A stretch of 60,539 bases of DNA, filler included, from Nemertoderma westbladi (taxonomy: Eukaryota; Animalia; Xenacoelomorpha): the NCBI GenBank assembly GCA_032718475.1. It is 3 parts of 3 records of this genome, joined end to end, with 100 filler letters (N's around TTAATTAATTAA, not from the genome) between each part and the next. Parts side by side here need not be neighbours in the genome. Positions count along the whole stretch, not along the records: positions 30,777 to 53,792 come from JAUCBJ010002402.1; positions 53,893 to 60,539 come from JAUCBJ010007354.1; 1 more part is not named here. One strand, 5' to 3'. Made by a program: the position numbers and the translations under genes. A model generated the notes under the pieces. It saw only the letters and a program-made list of their open reading frames with translations, ran no database searches and was not told where the DNA came from. Positions 50,150 to 60,539 of this stretch are shown here, one piece after another. The number at the start of each line of letters is the position of its first letter. The first letter of the stretch is position 1.

Positions 50150-51304
50150 TGTTCTTGACACGTATCCTTCCTATGTCCTCCCACCGCGCATCTGTGGCAT
50201 AATCCAAATCTCCCTGTATAATTAGCTAATCAATCTTCCCTCAGCAATGCCTGCCACTGGTTGCAATCGATGGTTTTATGCAACCCAATTCTATGCAGCT
50301 GACACTTGTAGTTTGGATTATAATGCTCTCTGTATAGCGTTTTGCGTATTTCATCCAGGTCCAACTTGGATGGTTTATTGTTTTGGTTGAATATACCCGC
50401 ATTAGGGGTGTTGTTTCTTCTATAGCCACTATAGTTGTTCTGTGGACTTGTAGTCCCCTGCACGGTTGCATATGGCAAGGATTGCCTCACGCTCGGAAGT
50501 GCGTCTGCAGCACTGTGTTCTGGTTTAGGTCGGCTGTGTTCCGGTTTCAGTACCTTACCGAGACTCTCCTCGCTGTACACTGGATCGATTATTAGATAAG
50601 GAAGTTAAGTTAAGGAAGTTCGATATCTCTTCCAACCCCAGCTCCATACCCTTCTTTTTCCGAGTGGAGAAAGCGATCTTTCTCCATTTATTCCTTAACC
50701 ATATCAGTAGTGCGTGCACTATGGTCATGATATTATTTAAAGTATTAAGTTCGTATGGTGCTTCTAGCGACTTTAAACCTATTAATGCTTTCTCTATCCT
50801 GGTCGCGAAAGCTTTAATACTGACGGGGTTATCCCTGAGTCTGCCTGATGTTATTCCCCTTAAGGTTTGTTGGATGATCTTTGCCAGATGGCCAAATTTC
50901 TTATCCAGGGCTCTCCATGCTGCTGTAAAACCTCCTTCTATTCCCTGTTACTGTCTTACAATGTCATTGGCTGGCCCCCCTGTATAAACTTGTAAATATT
51001 TAAGGCACTCCGCTTGGGTTAGATTCTTTGTGAAAATCTCGTTGCTATACATCCTCCGGAACTGTAGATATTCTTCCGGTTTGCTACGGTCGAACTTGAA
51101 AGGCTCCACTGGTGGTAACTCTATCCTAGTTTTTAATGCATCAATGAGTGTTGCCATTCCCATCACTTGGATTTCCAGCGCATTCAACGATGCGGATGTA
51201 GGCTCCTTTGTTGTTGACTTTGCTTCGCCTCTTGGGTTCGTTGACTTTCCTTGTGTAGGATATATCATTGGGGTAATGGTCCCCTCCATATCTCGGTGTC
51301 GCAT
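50150..51304 (-). pseudogene. BEL/Pao gag (DUF1759-like domain plus Cys/His knuckles), disrupted
   Basis: ELPPVEPFKFD...YLQF...LKYLQVYTGGPA...AWRALDKKFG; CQLH...HKTIDC and LCHRCAVGGHRKDTC; in-frame stops. Confidence 0.85.
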
Positions 51305-52215
51305 GATTTATTTGGCTCTGAGAGGGTTGCAATTTTTATTTTATTTGGCTGTGTGTACTGTGGATACAGTGTATTACCCTGCCCCCTCCCACCAGTGTTA
51401 TCTTCTAAACTGGGGTAGATGTCATTATATTGGGGCCCATACACTTATCTGCAATACCCCCCCCCCCTGGGTATATATTATATCCTTCCATATTATAGTC
51501 ATACTGGTGTGCAGGTACCAGTATAGGCCTAACAGGTTCTTGCCTACTCACTGGAACGTTCCGCTTAATTAATTATGGCATTATTTTCATTCGCGCTAAT
51601 TATTATAATTTTACTACGATTACGTTACCCCACTGGGACTTCAATAACCTCTACTCACTGGAATGTAAGCCGCAACCTCCAAGTCCAATTCTGGCATTCG
51701 CATTACCCTTTCACCTACACTATATCTCCCAGCATGGCCTATCGCAGTAAGACCTACAGTATGTCCTACAGTCTAAATGTCAAAGTCTAAGTACAATCTC
51801 CTCGAATATTCCGAGAACTCCTCTCCGCGACTACCATATTGTTGATCAGCAGCTACGCTCTGACAGGAAGTTTCCCTTCAATCCCTTCTCCTCTCGTCCT
51901 CCTCATCTCTGTACACTCTATACCCCTCTCCCATTGCATAATATATATCACCAAGATGTGTTTCTCCGGGACGACGGCAATATCCCGAAGTACAACTGTT
52001 CTCCCTGGGTTCATTTGCATGCGTTTCCCCCCACATTTCCACGCGGCCTTGTAGGCCTCTGCCAGGCGAATTATTTACTCCATTGTCGTTTATATTAATT
52101 ATACCGTTATTATTTTCGCCACCATTATTTATTATATTATTATTCAACCCTTCATCGTCATAATTTATTGCTTATTATTATTTAGGTTATTATTATATTT
52201 ATTTATTATTTATTT

Positions 52216-52968
52216 TTATTTATTTTTATTATGTTCCTCATAAATACTTCCCGAACCAGCTTCGCTCTCTGATAAACCCAGTTTCGCCAGTTCTAATTGG
52301 TGTTTCTGTTTTGCCTGATACTGCATTAACCCCCTCAACCGGGTATGCATATCATCCTGCATTCTCTTACCAGCCCTCTCTCTCTCTCTGTCCTCTCTAT
52401 AACACACTGGTCGGCTAACTCTGATTCTCTCGCTTCTCACTCTCTGCGCTCGTTCACCTCTCTCCTCCCTCTCTCTATAGTCTCTCACCACCTTCTCGGC
52501 CCTCTCTTTACACTCTCTCGCAAACTCCCTATCCCTCTCAAACAGCGCAGTTCCCTCGTCTAACTGTATCTCTAATTCTCTTTGGTCCAACGAGACCATG
52601 TCTAGCTGACACGCCAGATCTATTTCTAACATCGTTCTTGCTTTCGCGGAGGGCGTAGTGGACTTTTCGGTTACAACGGATTCCCATCGCCTACTGGTTT
52701 TAATAATTTTATCATGCCTGCTAGTGGTATTACTAACGGACGACACTGAATCCTCCGGGATAACCTCGGGTTCGGCGTCGTTCGGACCCACCCATCCCAC
52801 TGACTTATCCCCCCCCGCATCCACCAGATAAGGCCCTATGTACACTACACCATATGGCATTGCACCAGATCGCCACAATTCAAACAGTTCTGTGGCGACC
52901 CCTTCCCCCTGCCCAAATTGGACTAGGTAGTGAAAATGTCTATTACACTCACTGAGTCTGCGGCTCAA
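52216..52968 (-). CDS. Coiled-coil-rich N-terminal gag-region ORF
   Basis: E/R-rich helical stretch at the 5' end of the internal region. Confidence 0.55.
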   Translation of the reverse strand: MSRRLSECNRHFHYLVQFGQGEGVATELFELWRSGAMPYGVVYIGPYLVDAGGDKSVGWVGPNDAEPEVIPEDSVSSVSNTTSRHDKIIKTSRRWESVVTEKSTTPSAKARTMLEIDLACQLDMVSLDQRELEIQLDEGTALFERDREFARECKERAEKVVRDYREREERGERAQRVRSERIRVSRPVCYREDRERERAGKRMQDDMHTRLRGLMQYQAKQKHQLELAKLGLSESEAGSGSIYEEHNKNK

Positions 52969-53471
52969 CTTGGGCTCATCTACCTTTCCTCCTGTCTTGG
53001 CGTATTTGAGGATCCTTCTCGTCGCGTTATATCCGCGTCATAGGCGATCACTCGTCCCAACGTTCTCCTCCTGAACTCCTTGGCCTCATCTCCTCATCCG
53101 GCGTGGTACTGTCGGCCCCACCTTTGCCGTTCCAGTGGGCTGCTCACCGCCTGTAGCCACTGGTTGGCTGGCGACTCCGGTATTCCTCGCGCAGCTCCCG
53201 TCTCGTGTCGACTCGCGTCCCTCTTCTCCTCATACCCGTATGCCCTCCTCCTCGACAACCGAGCTGTCTCTCCTTGGTGGGCCACCTTGGTGTGGTGGGC
53301 CGGTACGACCTCGTCGCCGCCTCCTAAATCATCGCATCTCTATCGCTCGGGGTGTGTGGCAGACTTCCTCCCTTCTCCAAACCCTGGGGCATCGTTGGTT
53401 CGCCCATCTCATTGGCATTGATGTTTCACTGACGTGTCGTCGTCACAGATCGTTCGTCGTAGGTTTTCAAC

Positions 53472-53792
53472 TGTGACGGGAACCGAGTTGGCGAGGATCC
53501 CGACCGGGTTTTGTGTCATGGTTTATATGCGTCGCCACGTGCTAATGGCTGAATGCTTGGGGGCTAAAAGGCCGAAGGCCGATATAATAAACTAAGTTAG
53601 TAACTGAATGTTAATATAATGTCAGATACTTGAGCTCCAGTAATACTGCACAAAAATAGCAGTAATGGCAATGGTTGAAAACCGTTTGACTTCTACACTC
53701 AATATAGCCAACTGAGGCACAATTAGCAGAGTAACGGTTATATATTATTACATGGTATACATATTCCTATCTATGTGTGGCCTACCAATACA
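53472..53792 (-). repeat. 5' LTR (R-U5 part; the rest is lost in the gap)
   Basis: TGTGACGGG terminus; homologous to 44245-44597. Confidence 0.88.
53710..53744 (-). promoter_or_regulatory. Putative LTR core promoter: TATATAA at -31 and initiator TCAGTT (+1 = 53713)
   Basis: Canonical TATA-Inr spacing, conserved in the 3' LTR (~44516-44550). Confidence 0.6.
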
Positions 53793-53892
53793 NNNNNNNN
53801 NNNNNNNNNNNNNNNNNNNNNNNNNNNNNNNNNNNNTTAATTAATTAANNNNNNNNNNNNNNNNNNNNNNNNNNNNNNNNNNNNNNNNNNNN
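53793..53892. other. Assembly gap with artificial TTAATTAATTAA linker
   Basis: 44 N + 12 nt + 44 N. Confidence 0.97.
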
Positions 53893-54505
53893 CCACCGCC
53901 ACGTTTATATTAAATTTAACTCTGAGTTCTGTGGAAAGTTTACATTGTAGTAGAACATGTATTTCGTCTTCTACCGAGCTTCCATCGCATCGGCATACCC
54001 TATCACACGCGTTCTACTCCACCGGTCTCTCTCTACTCTCAAACTATGGGGGCTCAGTCGAATTCGGGATACAGAAAGTCTAAGATAGTCTGGAATATAT
54101 TCATGTTGTAAATTATATAAACGAAATTTATTTATTAGAGTGGGGTTGTTAATTATAGAACGTTATAATACAAACTTAGACGCTGAATCTGGTTTACTTA
54201 AAATAGTCCTACAAACATCTGTAAAAGGGTCTTCGCTAAAATTAAGGCTATTGCATAACATTATATAACCTGGAGTATTTGCCTGTTTACATAAATCGTA
54301 AATACATTCCACAAGAATTGCGTATGCAGTCAGTCGCTACAGAGCTTGAGCGAACTTCAGTACGTAATTCCATTACAACAGTGTTTAATGATGTTCCGGA
54401 GCATCATCTGTTGAGTTGAGGGAGTTGATGTTATTCAGAAACAATTTACGTCTCAACAAGGTAAAGAATAATGGAGGTACGCGCACATGTGGAAGTTTAC
54501 ACTCC
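53893..54505 (-). mobile_element. Decayed LINE 3' region, same type as 33440-34700
   Basis: SRIRLSPHSLRVE..GRWSR..RVCRC...EDEIHVLLQC on minus, with frameshifts. Confidence 0.7.
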
Positions 54506-54508
54506 TTA

Positions 54509-54889
54509 GGGGCCGTCCAAGTATGACGTCTGCACTTTTCCCCAAAATGTTGACCCCCTCCCTCCCCTAAATCAGATGTCATCAGATAGGCGTTGACCCC
54601 CCCCCCCCCCCCCCCCCTAAATCAGATTAAAAAAATTTTCGCGTCCTAATCACTGAAACATGGTGACTGGTATCTGAAACAGAAGGTCGTGCTACGGGCC
54701 TTCGGGGTCTTCGAACAATTAAAATAGGCAAGCTATTTACTCTTCTGCTATATCTCTTCTAGCACCTATAAATGAACATGCTGACGTCAGATTTTGGCTG
54801 ACCCCCTCCCCTCCCCTCATCAGCACGTCATCAGATTTTCCCAACCCCCCTCCCCCCCTAAAGTGCTGACGTCATACTTGGACGGCCCC
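54509..54889. mobile_element. PIF/Harbinger-type MITE
   Basis: Perfect 22-bp TIR GGGGCCGTCCAAGTATGACGTC; TTA TSD. Confidence 0.88.
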
Positions 54890-54893
54890 TTAA

Positions 54894-55420
54894 CCCTATT
54901 TGGCCCGGGGGGGGGGGGGGGGGGGTGTCATTTTAGAAATATTTTTTTTGAATTTTTGTAATTTATCTGTATCATTGAGTCAGGTTTGTTGGGAAAACCG
55001 AGATTCGTGACTTTTCCTAAAATTTAATGGGCTTTTACAGAGCAAACGCCATTTACATGGCTATATTAGTTTTCGTGCTGTGGTCCTTTTCTGGCACCCA
55101 TCGCCAGTATTTTTTTGTGCTAAAATTTTCAAAAAGTTTTTATGGCTCACTAAAATTAATTTATTTGCGGTATATAGCGATTTTTTGGACACTGATCGCG
55201 AATATTGAACTCAAATATAACATTCGAGAACATTTTGGATAATATTGAATGTGCCCTCTTGGGCACGAAAAAAACAAGTAGTGCAAATATGTAAATGAAA
55301 AATCACCACAAAATCAAATTGCTTTTAAGACCATATGGGTTTTTTGGGATGCTAATCACGAATATGACACTGAAATATATCGTACCTTGTTGATTAAGGC
55401 AATTTTGTAATTTTTTGCTA
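54894..55420 (+). mobile_element. piggyBac-like non-autonomous fragment
   Basis: TTAA|CCCT start; homologous to 5700-6125 reversed. Confidence 0.55.
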
Positions 55421-55661
55421 CTGTACTTGTACCTACTTTTCGTTCTGGGGCACTAGAATGGCACCATAATTGGTTGTAATCTGTGTGTTATTAATTACTA
55501 CCGATAACATTTTGTGACTTAGGTTTAACTCACTAAGAAGGTATTATTCATTAAAATAATTTATTATTGAAAGTTTAAGAATTAGATATTCGAATGATCG
55601 GATGTCGTCGTTTTTGGTATATTAAAAAACGTAGGATGAAATGATCATAGAAAATCGTATA

Positions 55662-56993
55662 CTACTACTACTACTAGGTCGAGCGAACTCGGACAGTGGA
55701 AATGAGATCCTTCCAGGCTTCCCGATTCTCCATAGTTGTCGGAATTTCGTTTCTCCCAAGTTCAGTATCCCTTTCAAGTTGATCTTGAAAGGTCTTTAAG
55801 GATGTTATGGCAGGTCGTCCACGACTACGCTTTCCATGAGTTGGTTACCAGAGAAGTAGATCTGGTATGACCTCGTCTTTACTTCGCCAGCAATGCCCAC
55901 TGAATCTTAATCTGCGTTCACGGAGGGTGGTTGATACAGGTGGTATTGTACCATAAAGCTCGGCGTTTGTCATGTGTTGTCTCCAGCTGATGTTAGGGCT
56001 GCCCTTAGTAGTCTTGTGTAGCAACCATCAATTCGTTGTTCAAGTGATTTAGTCAGTGTCCAGGTCTCACCCCCGAATAAAAATACACTTTCCACTGTGG
56101 CTCGAAAGAACTTAGTCTTCAGGTGCCTGGAGAGATCTGATTTCCAGATGGTATCCATTTTTGATAGAGCTACCCAAGCCTTTGCTTTCCTAACTTCTAT
56201 GTCCTTTTTGCTACTCTCTATCCATGATCCGAGGTTCTGGAAGTCATCGACCTTCCTTAGTTGATTAACATCAATGGTTGTCAAGTTTCCATCAATATTA
56301 AAGGTCATGAATTCGGTCCTGGTAGCATTTATATGCAATCCAACCTCCTTAGCAGCCCTCTCCACTTTATTTAGTAGAAGCTGTGCATCTGCTAGCGTAT
56401 TAGAGAGCAGGGCGATGTCATCCGCAAAGTCGGTGTCTGTGACTGTAGTTGCCGGATACCTACTACTTCTGCGTTCTTGAAGTGTGAATCCCAGATCTTC
56501 ACCCTTTGTGGCCGTCCTCATTGCGTAATCCAGCACAATTACAAATAGTAATGGTGCTAATGTGTCACCTTGTAGTACGCCAGCCAGGATTGAGAAAAAC
56601 TCAGTTTCACCATCTGGTGAGAGTACCTGCGCTTCTGTGTCACAATATAACAATCCAATGCCAGCAACAATTACTTCTGGTATTCCATAAGCTCTTACGA
56701 TTTCAAGCATTTTACCTCTATGGATGGAGTCGAATGCCTTCTTGAAGTCCACAAAAGTCATGACTGCGGGGAGATTCTTTGACTTAATTCCTTCAATCAG
56801 TCTCCGTAGTGCAAGTATCTGAGCTATTGTTGATCTACTTGGTTGAAATCCGTTTTGGCTCTTGCGCAGTAGTTTCTCTATGTGAGGCCTAATCCTATAT
56901 AGAATCATTTTATTGTATATTTTGGCAGCTACCACAAGCAGACAGATCCCACGATAGTTTGTTGGTATGCCGAGGTCTCGTAGAATATAGAAA
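55662..56993 (-). mobile_element. 5'-truncated RTE LINE, second family, with RT ORF 55970-~56975
   Basis: FVDFKKAFDSI, GVLQGDTLAP, DFADD; (TAG)n tail; 15-bp TSD ATAGAAAATCGTATA (55647-55661, 56994-57008). Confidence 0.92.
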
Positions 56994-57289
56994 ATAGAAA
57001 ATCGTATATCCTTGATCCAATTGTCAGTGGCCAAAAGTTTCAGTCATTAAAGTTGCCATTAAATTACCAATTGTTGATTACCGATAAACGATTAGTGTTT
57101 GTTATATTTACATGTTTTTTTGATATTGCTTGAATTATTTTTAGTGTTTTAAAACACAGGGGCGTATTCTTACTGTATTTCTCTCTAGCTGTAGATAGTC
57201 AAACCAGATAGCAATCACTTCACACTAAATTTATATTAAAAGTGGTACTACATAGTGATTCCACAACAAAGGGTCCACAAGTACAAAGC

Positions 57290-57731
57290 CACATTACTTA
57301 ACGCCGTCATTGGTTACCACGTAAACAGAAGGTGGAAATTAGCCTGACAGCCAGAGGCCTACTACATTACCTACCGGTAGCTATAAATAACCAGTAGCTA
57401 TAAACTATTAACATGGTTCCAAACGCCACCATAAATATTAGCTAACTTTATTAAAACATAATTTATGTCATTTTTACATTTATTTATACAGCAACTAATG
57501 TAATTTGTGCAGTTTCTATCACTTATAATGTATATGTACAATCATTTCGTAATGTTGAAATTTTTCAATAAAACTACATACATACTTGTTGCAAAGTATT
57601 TTACAGTGTTCTGATCTTCGTGGCTTTATTTTCACTCACTCACTAACGTTCGTTCGTGTAACAAAGCCACTCGGATCATCACACTGTAAAGTGCTACTTT
57701 ACACACAAGTATGTAAATACTGTAGTTATTA
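57290..57731. mobile_element. Copy of the 35133-36060 element family
   Basis: 57290-57585 resembles 35509-35815; terminus cactcactcactaacgttcgttcgtg...gttattac. Confidence 0.7.
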
Positions 57732-58029
57732 CAGTACATGCCAATAACTAATATCAGCATAACCAATATTTACAACTGTTGAGTTTTCAAATAATATCCG
57801 TCAATAAGGATTACCACCACATAACTTAGTTTTTCTGTAAGGGGTTTTTTATGGTCGGTGATTTCACTTTCGATGTCTATTTTTTTGATTGACGGCATCT
57901 AAGGACGTTTGTCCGCCAGTTGTCCGTCCCAACACTATAAATCACACCACCTATCTAAAATTTGCGATTTTTCTGCGTGGTTTGGCCGGTCAGCGCTTAT
58001 AAAATCACAAAATCCGACGACCCCACCCA

Positions 58030-58630
58030 TATAAAATCGAATTGGAAATTCTGAAATCGAATTGGAAATTCTGAAATAGAAGTGGAAATTTGGAAATACA
58101 GTAGAAATGGAAATTTTGAAATCGAGTTGGAAATTCTGAAATAGAAATGGAAATTTTGAAATCGAGTTGGAAATTCTGAAACAGAAATGGAAATTCGGAA
58201 ATTCAATTAGACTGTTTCTGAATCTCAAGTACTCAAATGAAATATTTTCTGAAATCAAATTATAATTTTTTAAAGTGCAAATGAAATTTTCTGAAATTAT
58301 AAATATATCTTCCTGAATACATTTAGTAATTTCTGGATTGCAATTGGAATTTTTGAAATCGAATTGGTTCCTTCTGAAATTCAAATCTTAATCTTGAAAT
58401 TCAAATGGTACATTTTGAAATCGAAATGACTTTACTAAAATCAAATTGAAACATTCTGAAATGAAAAAAACAAAAGTTAAATTCAATTATAACTTACTGA
58501 AATTTAAATGGAATTTATGAATCCCAATTACAATAATATTCTGAAATCAAAATGCAATTATTGAAATCCAAATGAAAGAATATATATATAATTCAAATGT
58601 ATTTTATGAAATCAATGTGATGTTTTCTGA
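58030..58630. repeat. Degenerate TGAAAT/GGAAATT short-period repeat
   Basis: Recurrent tggaaatt(c/t)tgaaat units, decaying rightwards. Confidence 0.75.
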
Positions 58631-59595
58631 AATACATGTTGAAAAGGTGTAGTTAATGATACTTATGCATGTTTAGTGTTGTTAAGTATTTTTGAATTTT
58701 TGTAATAATTGACCAAAATTCCCGGGGAAATTGAACCTTCGGAAACGTGTCAGAAACCGGACAGTCTGGAAATGAGGCCGGACGATTCTGAACCCGACAT
58801 AGACATTTACTTTTTTTAAATGATTTTTTCTCGTAAGCAAAGCGAAATTGAGTTCAAAAAAACTTTTCAAAATCTCAGGGGAATATATTTTTGACAAAAA
58901 TTCAGTTCAGCCCCGGGGTGAGCAACGGGTTGTTATGCATGTAATGCAATAATTTGACTATACTGTATAAGAACCAATTGAATTTGCAATGCAAAATAAA
59001 TTTATCAATTATTATTATGTCAACTATATAAATAACTCTTAATGAATGGGAGAATCTTTTAGGCTCGTTAAGCCAAGGAATGTCTGTTCACCACCATGGG
59101 TGATCTTCCACAGACCCTTCCACTCTGTTCCCAAGTTGCCTTGGTTCCCATTTATCGACCACTGAAGCATGAAAGCCGGGGTTGGGCTAGTGAATAACTA
59201 TTAATAAACTATTACTAACCTATTAATAAAATCAACTATTAATAAAAATGATTAACGCAAACAAAACATAGCATAACATATGACACAATTTGAACATTAA
59301 AACACATTAAAATATAACCCGGGTTGCCTAAAAATAAAAAAATACAGGTTGCCTACCTTGATAAAACAATACACACGACACGACTCATACACAATCATAC
59401 TGTACAAATTATAAAATACCACATTTTCAATAACAAAAACCAAATTAAGAAAGTTTAATTAAAATAAGAAAAATTAACTAAGTAGTGCTAGTACTAATAA
59501 TTGCAAAAAATACAGACGATGGAAATTATTGGAAGATACTGTATTAATGAAACATTGTAGGACGTGTATAAGTATTGTTGAAAATGGGAAGAGTT

Positions 59596-59735
59596 TTAGT
59601 CTATGAATTTCATGCCAACACTTTTGAGCGCCTCACAGTCGTTGGCCGTGATGAAATCCTTGGCAGCTGACGTTACCTTCAACTCCTTGAGTGTGCCATT
59701 CTCGATAACGTTCATCAGACATAGATTGTCGAAGT
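59596..59735 (-). pseudogene. Possible hAT transposase C-terminal dimerisation-domain remnant
   Basis: NLCLMNVIENGTLKELKVTSAAKDF resembles the L.LL.IE.E.L.......I..F ending of hAT/ZMYM1-like transposases. Confidence 0.4.
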
Positions 59736-60539
59736 TTTTGCATTTTGCATTTTGCATTTTGTGGTTTTGCATTCCACACACCTTTTATACTTTTATTTTT
59801 ATAATTATTTTATTATTTTTATAATAATTCTTATACTTTTATACATTGTGTTACAGTATTGCTGAATTTTATTGGTGAATTGTACCAGTACTGTAGTAAC
59901 AATAATCAGACTACAGACTGATGGACTTGTGGAACTCGTCTGACCTGACGCCAGAGCAGTACGTAAAGTATTTAAAATTACATTGGATTGCATGCATACG
60001 CCTCATACTGTACGTTTCAAATACGCCTAACACGTTCCGTGCATACGCATACGTACGGATACGCCGAGAAGTTTAACCCAATAATTATGCCTACAACCGT
60101 ACAACACTAATAATAATTAGGACCTAAGTACCGTACGGCCAGGCCAGAATGGAATTGCTCCGAATTTACATGGAAGATACGCAGCGTATTTTTGCAATTA
60201 CACAGAAGGCATGTACAGATGTAGGAAAATAGCAAAATTCGCTGGCTCGGCGTATTTTCCACAATATACGCGGAAGATACAGGAAGATTTTAAATTAGGG
60301 ATTTGTTTATTCACATTAATTCAGTAATTATGTGCACTGCACAGCACAAGAAAAATGACAAAGGTGGGATGTCAATGACAGACAGCCTAGTGCCTAGCAG
60401 AAGCAGCAGCCAGCCCAGCAGAGCAGTGCAAGCAACAGAGCAAGCCAGAACAGCTTGCGAATAATCTCCTGTATGCAGGCAGGTTTGTTCAGTGGGGTCA
60501 TGTTTGCGTCTCACAGACAGACATTCATTTGTAAACAGG

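Larger units (their letters stand above)
44245..53792 (-). mobile_element. Non-autonomous BEL/Pao-like LTR retrotransposon (gag + protease, no visible pol core)
   Basis: Two LTRs (44245-44861; 53472 into the gap), PPT, DUF1759-type gag, Cys/His knuckles and DSG protease, all on minus. Confidence 0.85.

Overview
AT-rich, repeat-dense genomic DNA from an invertebrate animal (inferred from spliced genes, metazoan TE families and a Src-family kinase). Two 100-nt scaffold gaps carry an artificial TTAATTAATTAA linker. Three host genes are supported: an intronless SLC35F5-like transporter (+, 3444-4715); a large orphan gene (-, last two exons 27521-27462 and 27023-23056) with a 16-aa repeat block; and a 5-exon Src-family tyrosine kinase (-, 38123-32734, 501 aa). 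The rest is six unrelated non-coding tandem arrays, RTE and RTE-X/CR1-like LINE copies, tRNA-SINEs, Harbinger/hAT/piggyBac-like MITEs, foldback elements, Penelope/retrozyme-type hammerhead remnants and LTR elements. The most unusual object is a ~9.5-kb BEL/Pao-like LTR element (-, 44245-53792). It keeps gag and protease but shows no recognisable RT/RNase H/integrase, and carries orphan ORFs and an array of CUGAUGA hairpins. Its PPT sits in a perfect 24-bp hairpin. It has no tRNA-type PBS; instead the 10 nt next to the 5' LTR are exactly complementary to a segment inside the LTR, which is Tf1-like self-priming geometry. All calls were made by eye with no database searches.
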